Positions 13,912 to 26,237 of a DNA stretch of 64,000 nucleotides are shown here, piece by piece. Source of the DNA: Paramecium tetraurelia (lineage: Eukaryota); assembly GCA_000165425.1 (NCBI GenBank), contig CT867985.1, forward strand, positions 682,001-746,000, read 5' to 3'. The position numbers and the translations under genes were made by a program. The notes below the pieces were generated by a model that was not told where the DNA came from, did not search any database, and saw only the letters and a list, made by a program, of their open reading frames with translations. Every line of letters begins with the position of its first letter. Positions within the stretch are counted from its first letter, which is position 1.

Positions 13912-14694
13912 ATGATTTTCAATTCCGAAATCTCAGGTGAATAGCAACATACAACATCCCCTGTTGTAACAGGAGGTAGTGTTATTGCATTGGTTTACAA
14001 TGGAGGAGTAATTGTTGGGACAGATACTCTTTGTAGTTATGGAAGTATGGCTGCATTCAAGTATGAAATGAGAATAATGATTTTAGAAATGTAAAAAAGA
14101 TTGCATAAATATCCAAAAACACAATTTATGCATCCAGTGGTGAATTTTCTGATTTCTAACAAGTGGTGAAGGAATTAGCAAAAATTGATAGATCAGCCTT
14201 ATAATACGATGATGGTGTTCATCCTTCACCTAAAGATTATGGAAATTTCTTAGCAAGATTGTCCTATAAAAAAAGATGCAAAATTAACCCATTATATTTA
14301 CAGAATGTCATAGCTGTATTAATTACTCAAAAATTTAGGGATTTCATAATGGGGAAAGATACTTATCACTCGTGGATATCTATGGTACATATTTAGAATC
14401 AAACTTCATTACAACTGGATTCGCAAGCTACTTCTGTAAAGCCATCATTAGTAATTATTGGAATGAAAATTGTACTCTTGATTAGGCCAAATAAGTAATT
14501 AGAGAATGCTTTAAAGTACTATTTGATTCTATTGATAGGTCTTATTCTGCAGGGATTGCAGAGCTCATGATGTAATTCAATTGGCATATGTTGATGCATA
14601 AGGTGCTCACATTGAGGAGCCTGAAAGAGTGGAAACCAAATGGGACTTTAATGGATTCAAATCAAGGGCTAATGAGAAATTACACACATAATGA
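13912..14694 (+). CDS. PSMB4: 20S proteasome subunit beta type-7 (Pre4/PSMB4)
   Basis: HTTSPVVTGGSVIALVYNGGVIVGTDTLCSYGSMA, SGEFSDFQ and RCKINPLY; three short introns; C-terminal ETKWDF. Confidence 0.93.
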
Positions 14695-14730
14695 ACATTA
14701 TTATTATATGATTTTTAATATTCACTCCTC

Positions 14731-15021
14731 TCATGGGTCTGCTACTTATGGTCTAGTAGAAATAAAGCTTTCTCTGCCAGTGGGTTACCAATCCATTGCT
14801 TCATACCAAAATGTACGCAATTTCATGTCTCTACATCTAATAAAGCGCTCAAATCTGCTTGATCTCCAAAAGAATTTATCGATTCTTTCATGTGAGTGAT
14901 AAAGAATGTCGTATAAGCAAACTGGCAACAAGGTTCCAAGGGTTGTAAGCACCATACAAACTGGAGCTATTTTGAGAACTGTTCTTAAGGGTATTGGATA
15001 TGAACTATTAGGCACAGGCAT
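14731..15021 (-). CDS. Small (96 aa) single-TM hypothetical protein
   Basis: Intronless ATG 15021 to TGA 14731; one hydrophobic stretch followed by a basic/aromatic tail; relatively GC-rich. Confidence 0.8.
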
Positions 15022-15268
15022 TATTGTTAATAATTATAATTAATATTGTTTTATAATGATATTTATTAAATATTATTCACATACCTAATAAATTAATAGA
15101 ATCTGTATTTATGTACTATTATAATACTATATATAGTGTAATAAGTATGGTATCTTGAAATTATCTACAAAGATTAAAAGGGAATAGATTTAAGTGAGGC
15201 TATATCTATATATTTATATATTTATATAAAAAGATTAAAATTATTAAATTTACATTATAGAATAGTAA

Positions 15269-16557
15269 TCATTTTTTTGTCTTTTAAGCTTTCCAAATTA
15301 ATTCCTAACTAGTCTCATATTATTTATCTAAGAGATCAATGTCTAAACAACGTTTACTCAACTATTTCTTGCAATTTTACTCACTGTAACTTTTAGCTCT
15401 TTAATTTGAAATCTAATTATTTAATATAACTTACTTGATTCATAATTTCAAATTACTATTTAAATGGAAGGTTAGTAGTTGATGTGGGAACTTATTTAAC
15501 ATTTTTAGTGCTTGCATTATTAAGGTTGTTTAAGAATGGGTTTTGTGAAGATGTTTGTTATTGAGCCTACTATTATTGATTGACCAAGTTGGTATTATTT
15601 GAAAGGACTTGAGTCTATTGATTGCCATAACAAGACTTTGAGGAAGACCTATTGTTGTCTGATTGCATAGGTTATTGTTGGAAATAATTAAGTGGTCTTT
15701 GACTATTTTGGGATGTTTTGGCAGTGCTGCATTGTTCATATTATCTATGAGATTAGGCAATGGAATCTGGTTTAGAAATGCATAGTTACATCTGAAATTA
15801 TTTTCATACGGACTCATGCAGGGTGATTAGTTTTCTTCAACAACCGTTGATAATTGGGGTTAGTCTAGAATTCGTTTGGAATCAGGCCTGTTCATGGATA
15901 AGTGATGTTGATGATTCTCTTTGTTGGCTTTAATATCTTAGGAACGCATAACTTTGGCATTGAAAGCGAATTGTTTGTTTTCATAATTGTTCTTGGCACT
16001 TTGGGGTTGCTGCAATTCAAGTTGCTGATTCTTCTTCTATTTGTTTAAATCGACTGACATCTGCATAGATTTAGGCACAGATAGATACTGGTCTTCTCTA
16101 TAAGGCTCTTCGAGTTCTTTGTTGATGCTTTCAAATGCTGAATCAAATGGGGTCCCTTGAAGTTGCATAATGGAAATCTAAGAGAGCGTGATTACATGAT
16201 TACCTTCTTGGGGTTATTAAATATTTTAGAAAAGTTTTCTGGCTTGATTACTTCATCTGGTTCTGTTTTGTGGGGTCTTATGGGTGACAATTTTATTTGG
16301 TCTTTGGGCTGAGAATGCTTGTGTCTACGATGTTGAGTGGTTATTAACTATTGCAATAGTGATGCCTGAACAAATAGAGACTATGTGTTTACATTGTATT
16401 GATTCTGCTTATGGGTTTCAATTGTGATTTCCATCAGTTGACTGAAAATGGTCGTCCAACCTTAGAGAGTTTGCTTGATTTGATGGATATCTTAGGAGAG
16501 ACAATCCAAGTTGAAGGAGTGGGCTTCCATTAAACCACTTTAGGGATGATCATACAT
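15269..16557 (-). CDS. Hypothetical Q/P/S-rich protein
   Basis: Coding-like frame from ATG 16557 (or in-frame 16530) to TGA 15269; internal exon structure not fully traced. Confidence 0.7.
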
Positions 16558-16576
16558 TTGATTGTTAAAAATATAA

Positions 16577-18548
16577 ATGTCGAATTAATAATCAGGTAAT
16601 GAGAAATCCAAAAGCAAATCCCAAAAACTACAGACCATGGAATTGCATGGAAAAAACTATATATTATTGGATAAGTATTTTTATAATCCAGACGATGTAA
16701 TTGGGGAGGGCGCATTCGGCAAAGTGTATCGAGGATTCAATTTCTAAGTGTAATTTTTGTCTAATTCCCTTTCAGACAGAATAAAGAAAACGACAAAGAA
16801 TGTGCCATTAAGAAAATGGAACTTCCAGAGAATATGGCATTAATGAGTGATAGAGAGAAAATGACTTTGGATGCAGTTAGAAAAGAGATTTGCGCTTTAA
16901 AATTGCTTAAACACCCCAATATCGTAAAGCTGTATGATGTTAAGAAATTACAAAATGTTATTTATATGGTTATGGAACTCTGCAATGAAAAGGTACAGTA
17001 TAAATAAATTCTTAATGATCTTAGTCTCTGTCTGAATTCATTAAGGAAAACAAAGAAATCACTGAGCCAGAGATTAGATACAAGTTTGGAGAAATCCTCA
17101 ATGGATTTAAATACCTCAGGAGTAAATAAATCATCCATCGAGATGTCAAACCGGAGAACATACTTATTCGAAAAGGAGTCTTAAAAATAGCCGATTTTGG
17201 ATTTGCAAAATAACACAACTCAAAGACTTAATTGCATTCTTATCTAGGAACCAGAGCTACTATTGCTCCCTAGGTTATTTTAGGTATTTACATTTTCAAA
17301 TCCCTTTTAGGCGATTATACAGACAAATGCGACATTTGGAGTCTAGGAGCTACTCTCTATTTTATGTGTTTCAAGAAGTATCCATACAAGGAATTCTATG
17401 CGAGTGAAATTAAATTAATGGAACTAATGAAAAGAGACTTTATTGAGTTTCCAAAAAATGGTATGCAAGTTTCATAGCCTTTATAATAAATTATTGTATA
17501 GATGATGAGATATAAGGAGGAAGACAGAATAGATTGGAACGATTTATTTGCATGTCCTTTGTTTCAGAATAAATTATTAAAGGAAATGGGATTGAACATT
17601 TTTGAATATCATGAACCTTAAGATGATTCAGTAGATATCAATGAAGCCAAAATTGATGACTTTGATTTTGAAATGAATGATCATTCTGAATAAGAAATTG
17701 AAAGAATCCATGAAAATGCTAATGTTGTTATCGATTAAGCTGAAAAATAAAGAAAAAATGAAGAAATCTTCTCTAAATTGATTAGTAGACTTACTTTTGA
17801 AAAGGGAAAATGTATGTTCTTAAGACTACTATCTTAAAGAGTCAAAGAATATGAATTAGCCTTAGCTAATAAATTAATCTTTGAAAAAAGCAAAGTAGAC
17901 ATTTCAGATCATCTGAAATCACTAAGATTTGGATTAAATAAATTTGAACTTATTATCAGTAGAGGATTAGTGGAATGGATGGAAGTTAATAAAAACTTTA
18001 AATATTATTGTTGTTGGGATATTAATAATCCAATAGGAGTAAATGAAACGGATTGGGAAAATTTCCTAACTGAAGGATTAGATAGAGAAAAAATTAAAAA
18101 AGTACTTGAAAAAGAATTAAATATCACTTAACAATATGTTTACAGTGCATCATAAGATTAATTATAGTAATTTTAATAAATGAATGAAAAAGCATTTTAA
18201 AAATTGAATGTTAATAAAGAATTTATGAGTTCTAATTTCGAGTGCAATAAGAATTTTTTTAAAGTTCTCTATGATCTAAGTTTAGGGTTAGCTCGATTGC
18301 TCTTCCCAGAAATTGTTAAAATTAGAAATAATCTAGATTCACTTCATAAAGTTCTTCCAACGCTAGTTCTTGTTGATGATCTTTTCATCTTATTAACACT
18401 TGACTCAGTATTTTCACACACTGATTCTACTTTAGTGAATTACACAGCATTTTTTGAATTAAGGAAAAAAAACTATTCAGAGGATTAAGTCATGTACAAG
18501 ACAATGTACTAAAGAGTGATGAGAGCATATGAAGTATTTTTTGAATGA
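16577..18548 (+). CDS. Ser/Thr protein kinase (ULK/CAMK-like) with C-terminal extension
   Basis: IGEGAFGKVYRG, CAIKK, HRDVKPEN, DFG and DIWSLG motifs; short introns; TGA 18546-18548. Alternative in-frame start at 16637. Confidence 0.93.
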
Positions 18549-18731
18549 TTAAATTATTCATTCCCATATATATCTATACAATTATTATTTAGGCATTGTT
18601 ATTAAAAGTCGAGAATAATTTAATGCTCATTTTAAATTATGCTTTTTGAAACAGTAACATTCCTTTTTTCCTTAGAATATATTTATGTCTCAAATTAATT
18701 ATGTTTAATATTAATCATCTATATATTACAT

Positions 18732-19077
18732 TCAATAATATTGTGACTCATCTTCCTCTTCTGATTCAGGCATGTCAAGATTTCTCTTTTATTTTTTTGG
18801 TTTTGGTACTCCTTCAGCAGTCACTCTTCTAAACACATTAAAATTTAGATTACTTTTTCTTTTTCTTCTTTTTTTCTTATTGTTACTCCTCTTAGCCTTC
18901 CACTTTTTATTCAACTTTTTAAGGTTAATCTACTTATTCAACTTCCTCATCATCTTCTGAATCGTCTTCTGCCTGGTGTTTTAATTATTCAATCAATTCA
19001 CCCTCATTGACTTATTCGAATTATCTATCCTTGTGATTCCCCCATTTCCTGTTTTTTCCTCTAGCGTCTTTAGGCAT
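18732..19077 (-). CDS. Small highly charged protein (N-terminus loosely PDAP1/HASPP28-like)
   Basis: MPKDARGKNRKWGNHKDRQF... with acidic and Lys-rich tracts; one 25-nt intron near 18829-18853; TGA 18732. Confidence 0.75.
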
Positions 19078-19274
19078 TTATTAAATTTAATATATATATA
19101 TATATTTATATCCAGCGAACGGATCATTCATCACTTATGATAAGTAATGTATAATATTTCATCATTAGTAATAAGTTTATTATCAACACTGTGAGTTGAG
19201 ATCAAAGGAATTATTTCTCAAAGTGTTTAGAGATATTTTATTTAAATAATTTAAATAAATTAATAAATAAATTT

Positions 19275-19680
19275 CATTCTCATCAAAGAATATCAATTGC
19301 TATTTATCAATCTTTCTTGTCTGAATAATTTCTAACAATTATCTCTAAAATTGATTTTATTAATTCTAAACATATGCCAAGAACTAATCCTAACATTATT
19401 AAACTGAAATATCTCAATTAATATCACTCAAACTAAGAATGAGATGTATTAGATTTGAAACTCTTCACAAAATTTAACCAAAACCAATTGAGTTCACAAT
19501 TTTCACAAGATTTATTCATAAATCAAGCAAATAGATTGTAGTCAACTTTAGAGATGCAAAAATTAGTTTAATACGATTATAACTCCAAAATTTAAAGTTA
19601 GATTGAAATTATTCGAAGTATTTAACAAGATGTAAATTCTACACTATAATTATACTTAATGAAATTCTAGTAATACAAAT
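19275..19680 (+). pseudogene. Possible decayed coding remnant
   Basis: Coding-like frame with an in-frame TGA at 19440-19442 and no clear start. Confidence 0.25.
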
Positions 19681-19749
19681 GGTTATATATATAATATATT
19701 TTTGTTATGATGAGAATAATGATTTTTTTCATTTTGTGAAAATGCAAAC

Positions 19750-20625
19750 TCAATAGAAATTCAAATTTTTTTTTAATGTATATGTTTTTATCAATTGAAC
19801 AGATTATTCATCACAAAGAGTACAATAAAATTTTTTATCTTTATCAACATTTTTTTCTGCAAAGCACTTAAATGTACAAAAACTATTATTGCACTTAAAC
19901 ACCTATTTATTTTAGATTTTTATTTAATTTTCTAAAATATTTTCTACTTATTAGGATAGAAGCTAATCAAACAAGTTTCTATTCTCTAAACTTAGTAAAT
20001 GTGTTTTTTTAATTCTTTCATTGCAAAAACATTGAGGAAAAATATTTATATTTCTTTTTACATTTTATTATAGCAAGTATGTCAATACTTATTAGTGATC
20101 TATAATGCATTAAATTGTTTCAGTTTAAATCTATTGATCCTATGTATTCTTAACTTTCTATTCCTAATTTTCATTATCTGTTAAAAAAGTACTGCTTATA
20201 GGAATTGGTGTTATATTTTGCTAAACAATTACTTAATTTTGCGCATCTTATTATTTTTTTGTACTTTCTGGTATTTGTAATTGTATTTAATTTTAATATA
20301 TGTTTTCATATTTTGGAGGAAATTATTCTATTTCCTAAAGAATCTCCTTAATAGAATTAACTTTTATTTATAAATCATCTACATTTTTATTAAATTCGTC
20401 TTTCTTATCTTTTTCTAATGGTCTATGATCTACATTTTTCAATAAGGGATATTTCTTTAATTTATCCAAACAATCTTTTAAAACAACTGTTATTTCCTAT
20501 AGGGTTTGATTATTATAATCTTCTTAGAATTATTCATATAAAATAAAATTTGGTTTTTTTTGATTATTCTCTGCATCCTTCAAGTTTGGGTCTTTAGAAA
20601 TGATTTATGCTTTTTATTAATGCAT
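19750..20625 (-). CDS. Hypothetical protein (291 aa) with C-terminal Cys cluster (degenerate RING/IBR-like)
   Basis: Intronless open frame from ATG 20625 to TGA 19750; PQCFC ... FKCNNSFCTFKC ... KFYCTLCDE. Confidence 0.7.
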
Positions 20626-20937
20626 TTTTTTCAATAAATTAATTAATAAACAAGCTTAGAAAAAAAAACAAAAAATCAAATATATTATAATGTATTTTTA
20701 TTTGAAGAAAAGGTATCATAAGGTAAATGCAGAATACTATTTATAAGAAAAATCAATTACAAATATGAAAATGACTGGAAATTTGACTTGTAAAGTTATT
20801 AGTACATTTAAAAAAGCTATTAAGAGCCATTAAACTGCTTAAATTTCATTTAATCTAGATTTTGATCTACATCAATTAGAAAAAGTGTGAAAATTAATAA
20901 TTAATTACATTAATTATATTATTATATATTATTATCA

Positions 20938-21832
20938 ATGCAAGAAGATAAAAGCTTTGCAATCATAAAGAGAATGTAAGAAACTAATTATCAACCTCAA
21001 GATGGTGATTTAAAGGAGTTGTTGGCAGGAATTTAAGTAAATTTTTTAATTTATTTTTTTGAGAACCTAAGGCTAATTAATATAAACTTTGATGAAGAAT
21101 AGTCAACGAATTAGTTTATTAATAACTTCAAAGCTTGTAGATAATGATAAACAATTTTATAGTGTATTGTTTACTATTGTAAAGTCATCTTAAAAATGGA
21201 AATAATACAAAGCTGACGTTTTAGTTATTAGTGTTATTCCAAGTCTTATATCATTAAATATACTGAATGGAGAGGAAATTGTATCTGTATTATTGTTAAC
21301 TGTTTATAATGAATATTTGGATTTTATCAATTAAGAAAATTAAACTCATCTATCCTTAGACAGCCTGCCAATAATGAAAAATAAATATGAAAACATTTTT
21401 AATAATTCAAAAAAAAGAAAATAGTATTAAATCATAACTGAAATTACATAAACTAATTTATTGGAAATTCATTAAATGTTACTTGAGCTATTTTTAATTT
21501 ACCTGAATTAAATGGACTAAGTGATCTTAAAATAAGCCATAAGGTTGGGATATATTTTTTGTGGATCATCATATACAAATTAAGAATTAAAAACTCTGGA
21601 ATATCATGGTGTATAGGACTAGATCTTCAAAGTTCAAATGAGCGATCGATCTATGGAATTATTATTATTCATTGTCTCATCTATCAATATAAGGGATGAA
21701 TCTATATTGCATGTTCATCATCTCATAAATTTAATAAGGAAAAAGGCTGCTAATGAATCAAGATTTAGCGTGGCAGGATTAGCACAATCAGTAAAAACTA
21801 TAACGGATGATGTCTTTGAAGGAGTATTTTGA
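20938..21832 (+). CDS. Hyccin/FAM126-like protein (5' structure uncertain)
   Basis: Open frame 21062-21832. Segments SVIPSLISL, VLLLTVYNEY, ITQTNLLEIHQMLL...RLGYIFCG and LINLIRKKAANE...LAQSVK resemble hyccin motifs in the same order. The first exon does not splice in phase from ATG 20938. Confidence 0.5.
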
Positions 21833-21996
21833 AGAGTATTTATTGAAATATTTAATGATAATTTATATTTTATATGAATGCGTTGTAATTAACATAAAGA
21901 TACAAGTTTGAAGTTTAAATAATATGTCCAATTAATGTAGAATCTGAAGAGAGAAAGATCAATTAATTTATTTATATTTTAACACTAACTTTGAAA

Positions 21997-23400
21997 TCAC
22001 TTTTTGGATTTCTTTAATTTTTCGTATTACTCTCTAAGCTTTCTGTCATTTCTTTATAAGTTTTCTAAAATTTCTTTATTTGTTTAAGCCATAGGAATAT
22101 CTCCTGCTTTCAAAGATTGTAAATCAGCTCTGTTCTTGTGATCACTTTCAAGTGGTTATTTATCCATCTTAATCTTGAATGGAACTACATATCTATAATC
22201 CCAATATCTCACATTATCAAAATTAATGAAACCTATGTATGTACCATAGACTGTTGAAACCTTTTATCCTTTGCATGTGATATCTGCTTAGAAGTAATCA
22301 GAAGTTCTAATTTCTTAATTTAAATTTACTTCTTTTTAACTTTTCCAATATCAATTATACACGATAATCCATTGGCTTTATCTTGGAATGTAATTTTGTT
22401 GATTGATTCCTATCTAAGTTAGCCAAAGAAGGTACCGCTATAGAGTTCATTAGGGAAATCAAAATCAATCTTTTACCCATCATTGAACTCTATTGATCGT
22501 CTTCCTTTATTAATAATCTAATATAGAATTTTTTTATACTGTCACAGAATTTAAGCCTGCTCTTCCTTCAACCAAATAATATCCATAGTATTTGTATTTC
22601 TTGTTTGGTCCATAAACTAAAAAGTAACTTACAGGTGGATGATGCATAATTTATTCACAATATACTTGTGTTCCATCATTATAGGATGCTTGTAAAGTTT
22701 CACCCAATATTGGATTAAGCTACATTTATTTGAAGATATACAGGTTTCAAAAATGTATTGGTCCAAAAAAATGAGGATAATGTTGCTGTGATAACTAATT
22801 TGAATCTTTCCAAAAAATCTGGAGTCATTGTTGCCTTTGTAATGTATAAGGGAAATATGGACGCTATGATAGTTTACTCATATTAATTACTTCCATGAAC
22901 AGCAGTTTCCAAGGCAGTTTTAGGAATCATTACTCTAATAGGAAAACTAACTTTAGTAAGATTCAACGATCCTGATAAGATTTTCTTTCCTATTTATTTT
23001 ACCATTTCCTTTCCAACACTTCTGGCCTTGCTAACTACTTTTTTGTCAGCACAGATTCGTCCTCCTTTTTCATATCCTTCAACATGACGAATTTCCTCAT
23101 CATTTGGAAAGTTTTTTAAGTTGAGCACTAATTAAAGTATTTCATCTCCTGAGATATCATGATAACCAACATATTCCAATTTATCAGGATCAGCAATTCC
23201 TTCATTTTCCTTGTCCTATTCTTAAACTTATGCTATTGGATCAAATCCCTTTTCTTCCAACTCTTTATCCTCATTAGTAACAACTTAAGTATCATCCTTC
23301 AAATTTATTAAATATTTACTTCAACAAAATCACTCTCATCTTTTTCCTCTTATTATGGTTAATTAGTCTCAGGCTTCTTTTTTTTGAACCAACTAAGCAT
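21997..23400 (-). CDS. Oxysterol-binding protein-related (ORD-only) lipid transfer protein
   Basis: Signatures LNPILGET and EQIMHHPPVSYF; several short introns; TGA 21997. Confidence 0.93.
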
Positions 23401-23545
23401 TTTTTAATGACAATTAATTTAAAATAAAAATTTATTAGTAATATGATAATAACATATTCAAATATTGGAAAAGTATAATTTTTTTACTATGTCAACACGC
23501 AGAGAATCTTTAAATTAAATTAAATTTTAGATACATAAAAATAGT

Positions 23546-25258
23546 TCAATAAAACATTTATATTTGATTCTAGTAGTAGCCATTATTCATGAATTTTAAC
23601 TTGTGTAAAATTTCTAGTATATATTCCTAAAGATTTTGACGGCTATCAGGAATTTTGATAAAAGATGTCTTATTAAAATAATAAAGCCATTCAATTTCTC
23701 GTTTAGTTTTTAATTTCCATTTGCTAGCTCTTAATTATAATATGAATTCTCTTTATTTTAATTTTTTTTTTATCAGTATTAAATCCGAAATCAACTTTTC
23801 CATATTTTCAACTATTTTAGATAAATTAACCGAGGTACTAATCTCAGTAGACATATTAGAGCTATCAGATAATCTCGTTTTAATTTTATCCAGTTTTTCT
23901 ATTGAATCTAATGAATCACAACATTCAATTATATCATTGTTGTTTAAAAATTATTTTATGTAATTCTACAATGATTGAGGAGATTCTTTTTATTCAAAAA
24001 TATTGTTAGAGCTCTTGATTAAACTCTCTAATTATACTTAATCTTCAAATTCTTCACTATAATAAAAACGCCGTTTTATTTATTTAAGTTCTTCTACTAT
24101 CATCTTAATATTGCTCCTAATAACATCGTATTCTATCTCCACCTCATAATACCATGAAGGGTAAAATATTTTCTGTTGAGCCAACTTATCAATTAATTAA
24201 GTATGGTAATTTTCGTTATCCAAATTTATATTTATCTTCATATTCTGCCAGTGTTTATCAGATAATAGTTTTTTATCATATTTAAAATTCTCTCTATGTC
24301 CAATCCAATGAACATTATCTTCATTTATATTTACATCCAATGCATATATTACATATTAATAAAATAGTGTTGAATCCTTTAACTAATTCAAATTTTAGAA
24401 GCTTACTTCTAAGATCTTTTAAATTCTATCGGTCAGCATCACTTAACACCAAAATCTCATCATATATCCAATCACCTTAAAATTCGGATATTAATTATTT
24501 TCATTCTTAAAAGAAAACTATTGTTAGTATATCTATTACATTTTATCAATTAATTATTCATATTGATTTGCATATCCGTACATTAGTCTTTAATAATACT
24601 AATAGCATTTGATATAAAATGAAATATTAGCCTAGTAATCTGTTTATGAATAATTTTCAAGGAATATTTCATTGAAGAAAAGGCAATAATGAAGGATCCT
24701 TTTAAAAATTTCAAAACATTCTCTTATGATTTTATCTTTTGGTATATTCAAAACTGCTAATTTAAAAAAGTCTACAACACCCCATTTCAAGCAAATTAAG
24801 GTTTGAAGATCTTCATTATCACTAATCTCTTATGTAATTTCATGAGATTTCACAAATTTTGGTAAAGCAATAGCTAATTGAAACCATGTAGATACAATTT
24901 TTGAAATCGAATCATTGTGAATTTAAACTAAAGGTTCCAACTAATAGTGTAATTCCTTAAAATCCTCATGATGCATAGGATGTTAATTGTTATTACAATT
25001 TTTTTATTACTTTTTTAATTTATTATCAGTTGATTTTAAATAGGATATGCAAAAAGCACATTGACTATCTAAATTATTAGATTATATTTATGCTTGATTT
25101 GATTCTTACTAAAAAAATATGTATTTTTTTTTTTCTTAATTTTACAGAGACACATCCTCTTGGACAACTGCTTTAATGTTCAAATTTTTATTTTCATACG
25201 TTCGATTTTATTCATCACCCTCTTATTCAGCATAGCACCAAAATATTTAATTCCCCAT
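23546..25258 (-). CDS. Hypothetical protein 'X' (570 aa), N-terminal MGNQIFWC
   Basis: ATG 25258 and TGA 23546 are in frame (1713 nt); open in the portions read; possible N-acylation motif. Confidence 0.7.
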
Positions 25259-25322
25259 AGAAATGAATATAGAAAATTTATAGAATTATAATTATTATTT
25301 TAAGAGCCTCCAAATAATGACC

Positions 25323-25510
25323 AAGCAATCTATCAATGATTTATTTGATAAATATAAATAAGTTCTTTAAGCAGAAACTTACTTGGTTTAAAAGTATAAA
25401 TCATGTATCAATCTTTTAGTAACGATTTATAAAATAGAAACTAAAATAAGCAAAAAAATGAAGATGCTACTTTTATAACTACATTCCACAAAGCTATTTA
25501 TGAAAGTTAT
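25323..25510 (+). pseudogene. Decayed fragment of the C2H2/AT-hook gene
   Basis: Similar to 10342-10570 (gataaatataaataa.ttctttaagcagaa, tttaaaagtataaat, aaatgaagatg); retains the second intron position; internal deletions. Confidence 0.8.
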
Positions 25511-25548
25511 TAATGTAAATATTATTTAAATTTATTATTTATTAGAAT

Positions 25549-26208
25549 ATGAACAAATTTCTAATTTTAGCAGAGCTTATCCACTTTCTGTCTTTTGTGT
25601 TGCTTTATTATAAAATCAAGAAAACTCGAAGTTGCTTAGGGATATCATATAAAACCCAAGAGATATATTTGTTAGTATTTTTAACAAGATTTTGTGATCT
25701 GAATATACATTTTGAGACAATAGATTATGTGCTTAGATTATTTTACTTAACTTTGACAGTCCTTTTAATTTATACGATTAAATTTTAAAAGCCTTTTTGT
25801 TTGGTATTATATTAACTAATACATTAGACTTATCAAAAAGATTAGGATTAATCCTAATTCTTTGTATATATTTATCCTGCAGCTTGTCTCCTCACTTTAA
25901 TTTTCCATACAGGCACATCCTTGTCTTAGATATGCTAATCATTTTCTATTTGGCTAGAAGCATTAGCAATTTTACCACAAATGAATTTAATGTAGAAAAT
26001 TTAAGACGTGGAAAATTTAGCAGGATACTATGTCTTATGTTTAGGAGTTTATAGAGGTCTTTATGTGATAAGTTGGTATTGTAGAGTATTTCATGCTGGT
26101 TGGTGGTGCTCAACGACCATTTTTGGAGGAACATTAGCTGTTCTTGTTTATTCAGATTTCGTTTATTTATTTTTTAAGAATAGAGGCGCGTTTAAAGTTT
26201 TTGTTTGA
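25549..26208 (+). CDS. ERD2: ER lumen protein retaining (KDEL) receptor, divergent
   Basis: KTRSCLGISYKTQ, VFLTRFCDL, FSIWLEALAILPQM, LGVYRGLY and YSDF; one intron at ~25804-25828. Confidence 0.9.
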
Positions 26209-26237
26209 TTTATGAATTTGTAAAACATGAATTTAAC

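Noticed and set aside
20690..20730. 12-mer ttgaagaaaagg shared with 24672-24683
   Set aside because: Too short in AT-rich DNA and no convincing extension.
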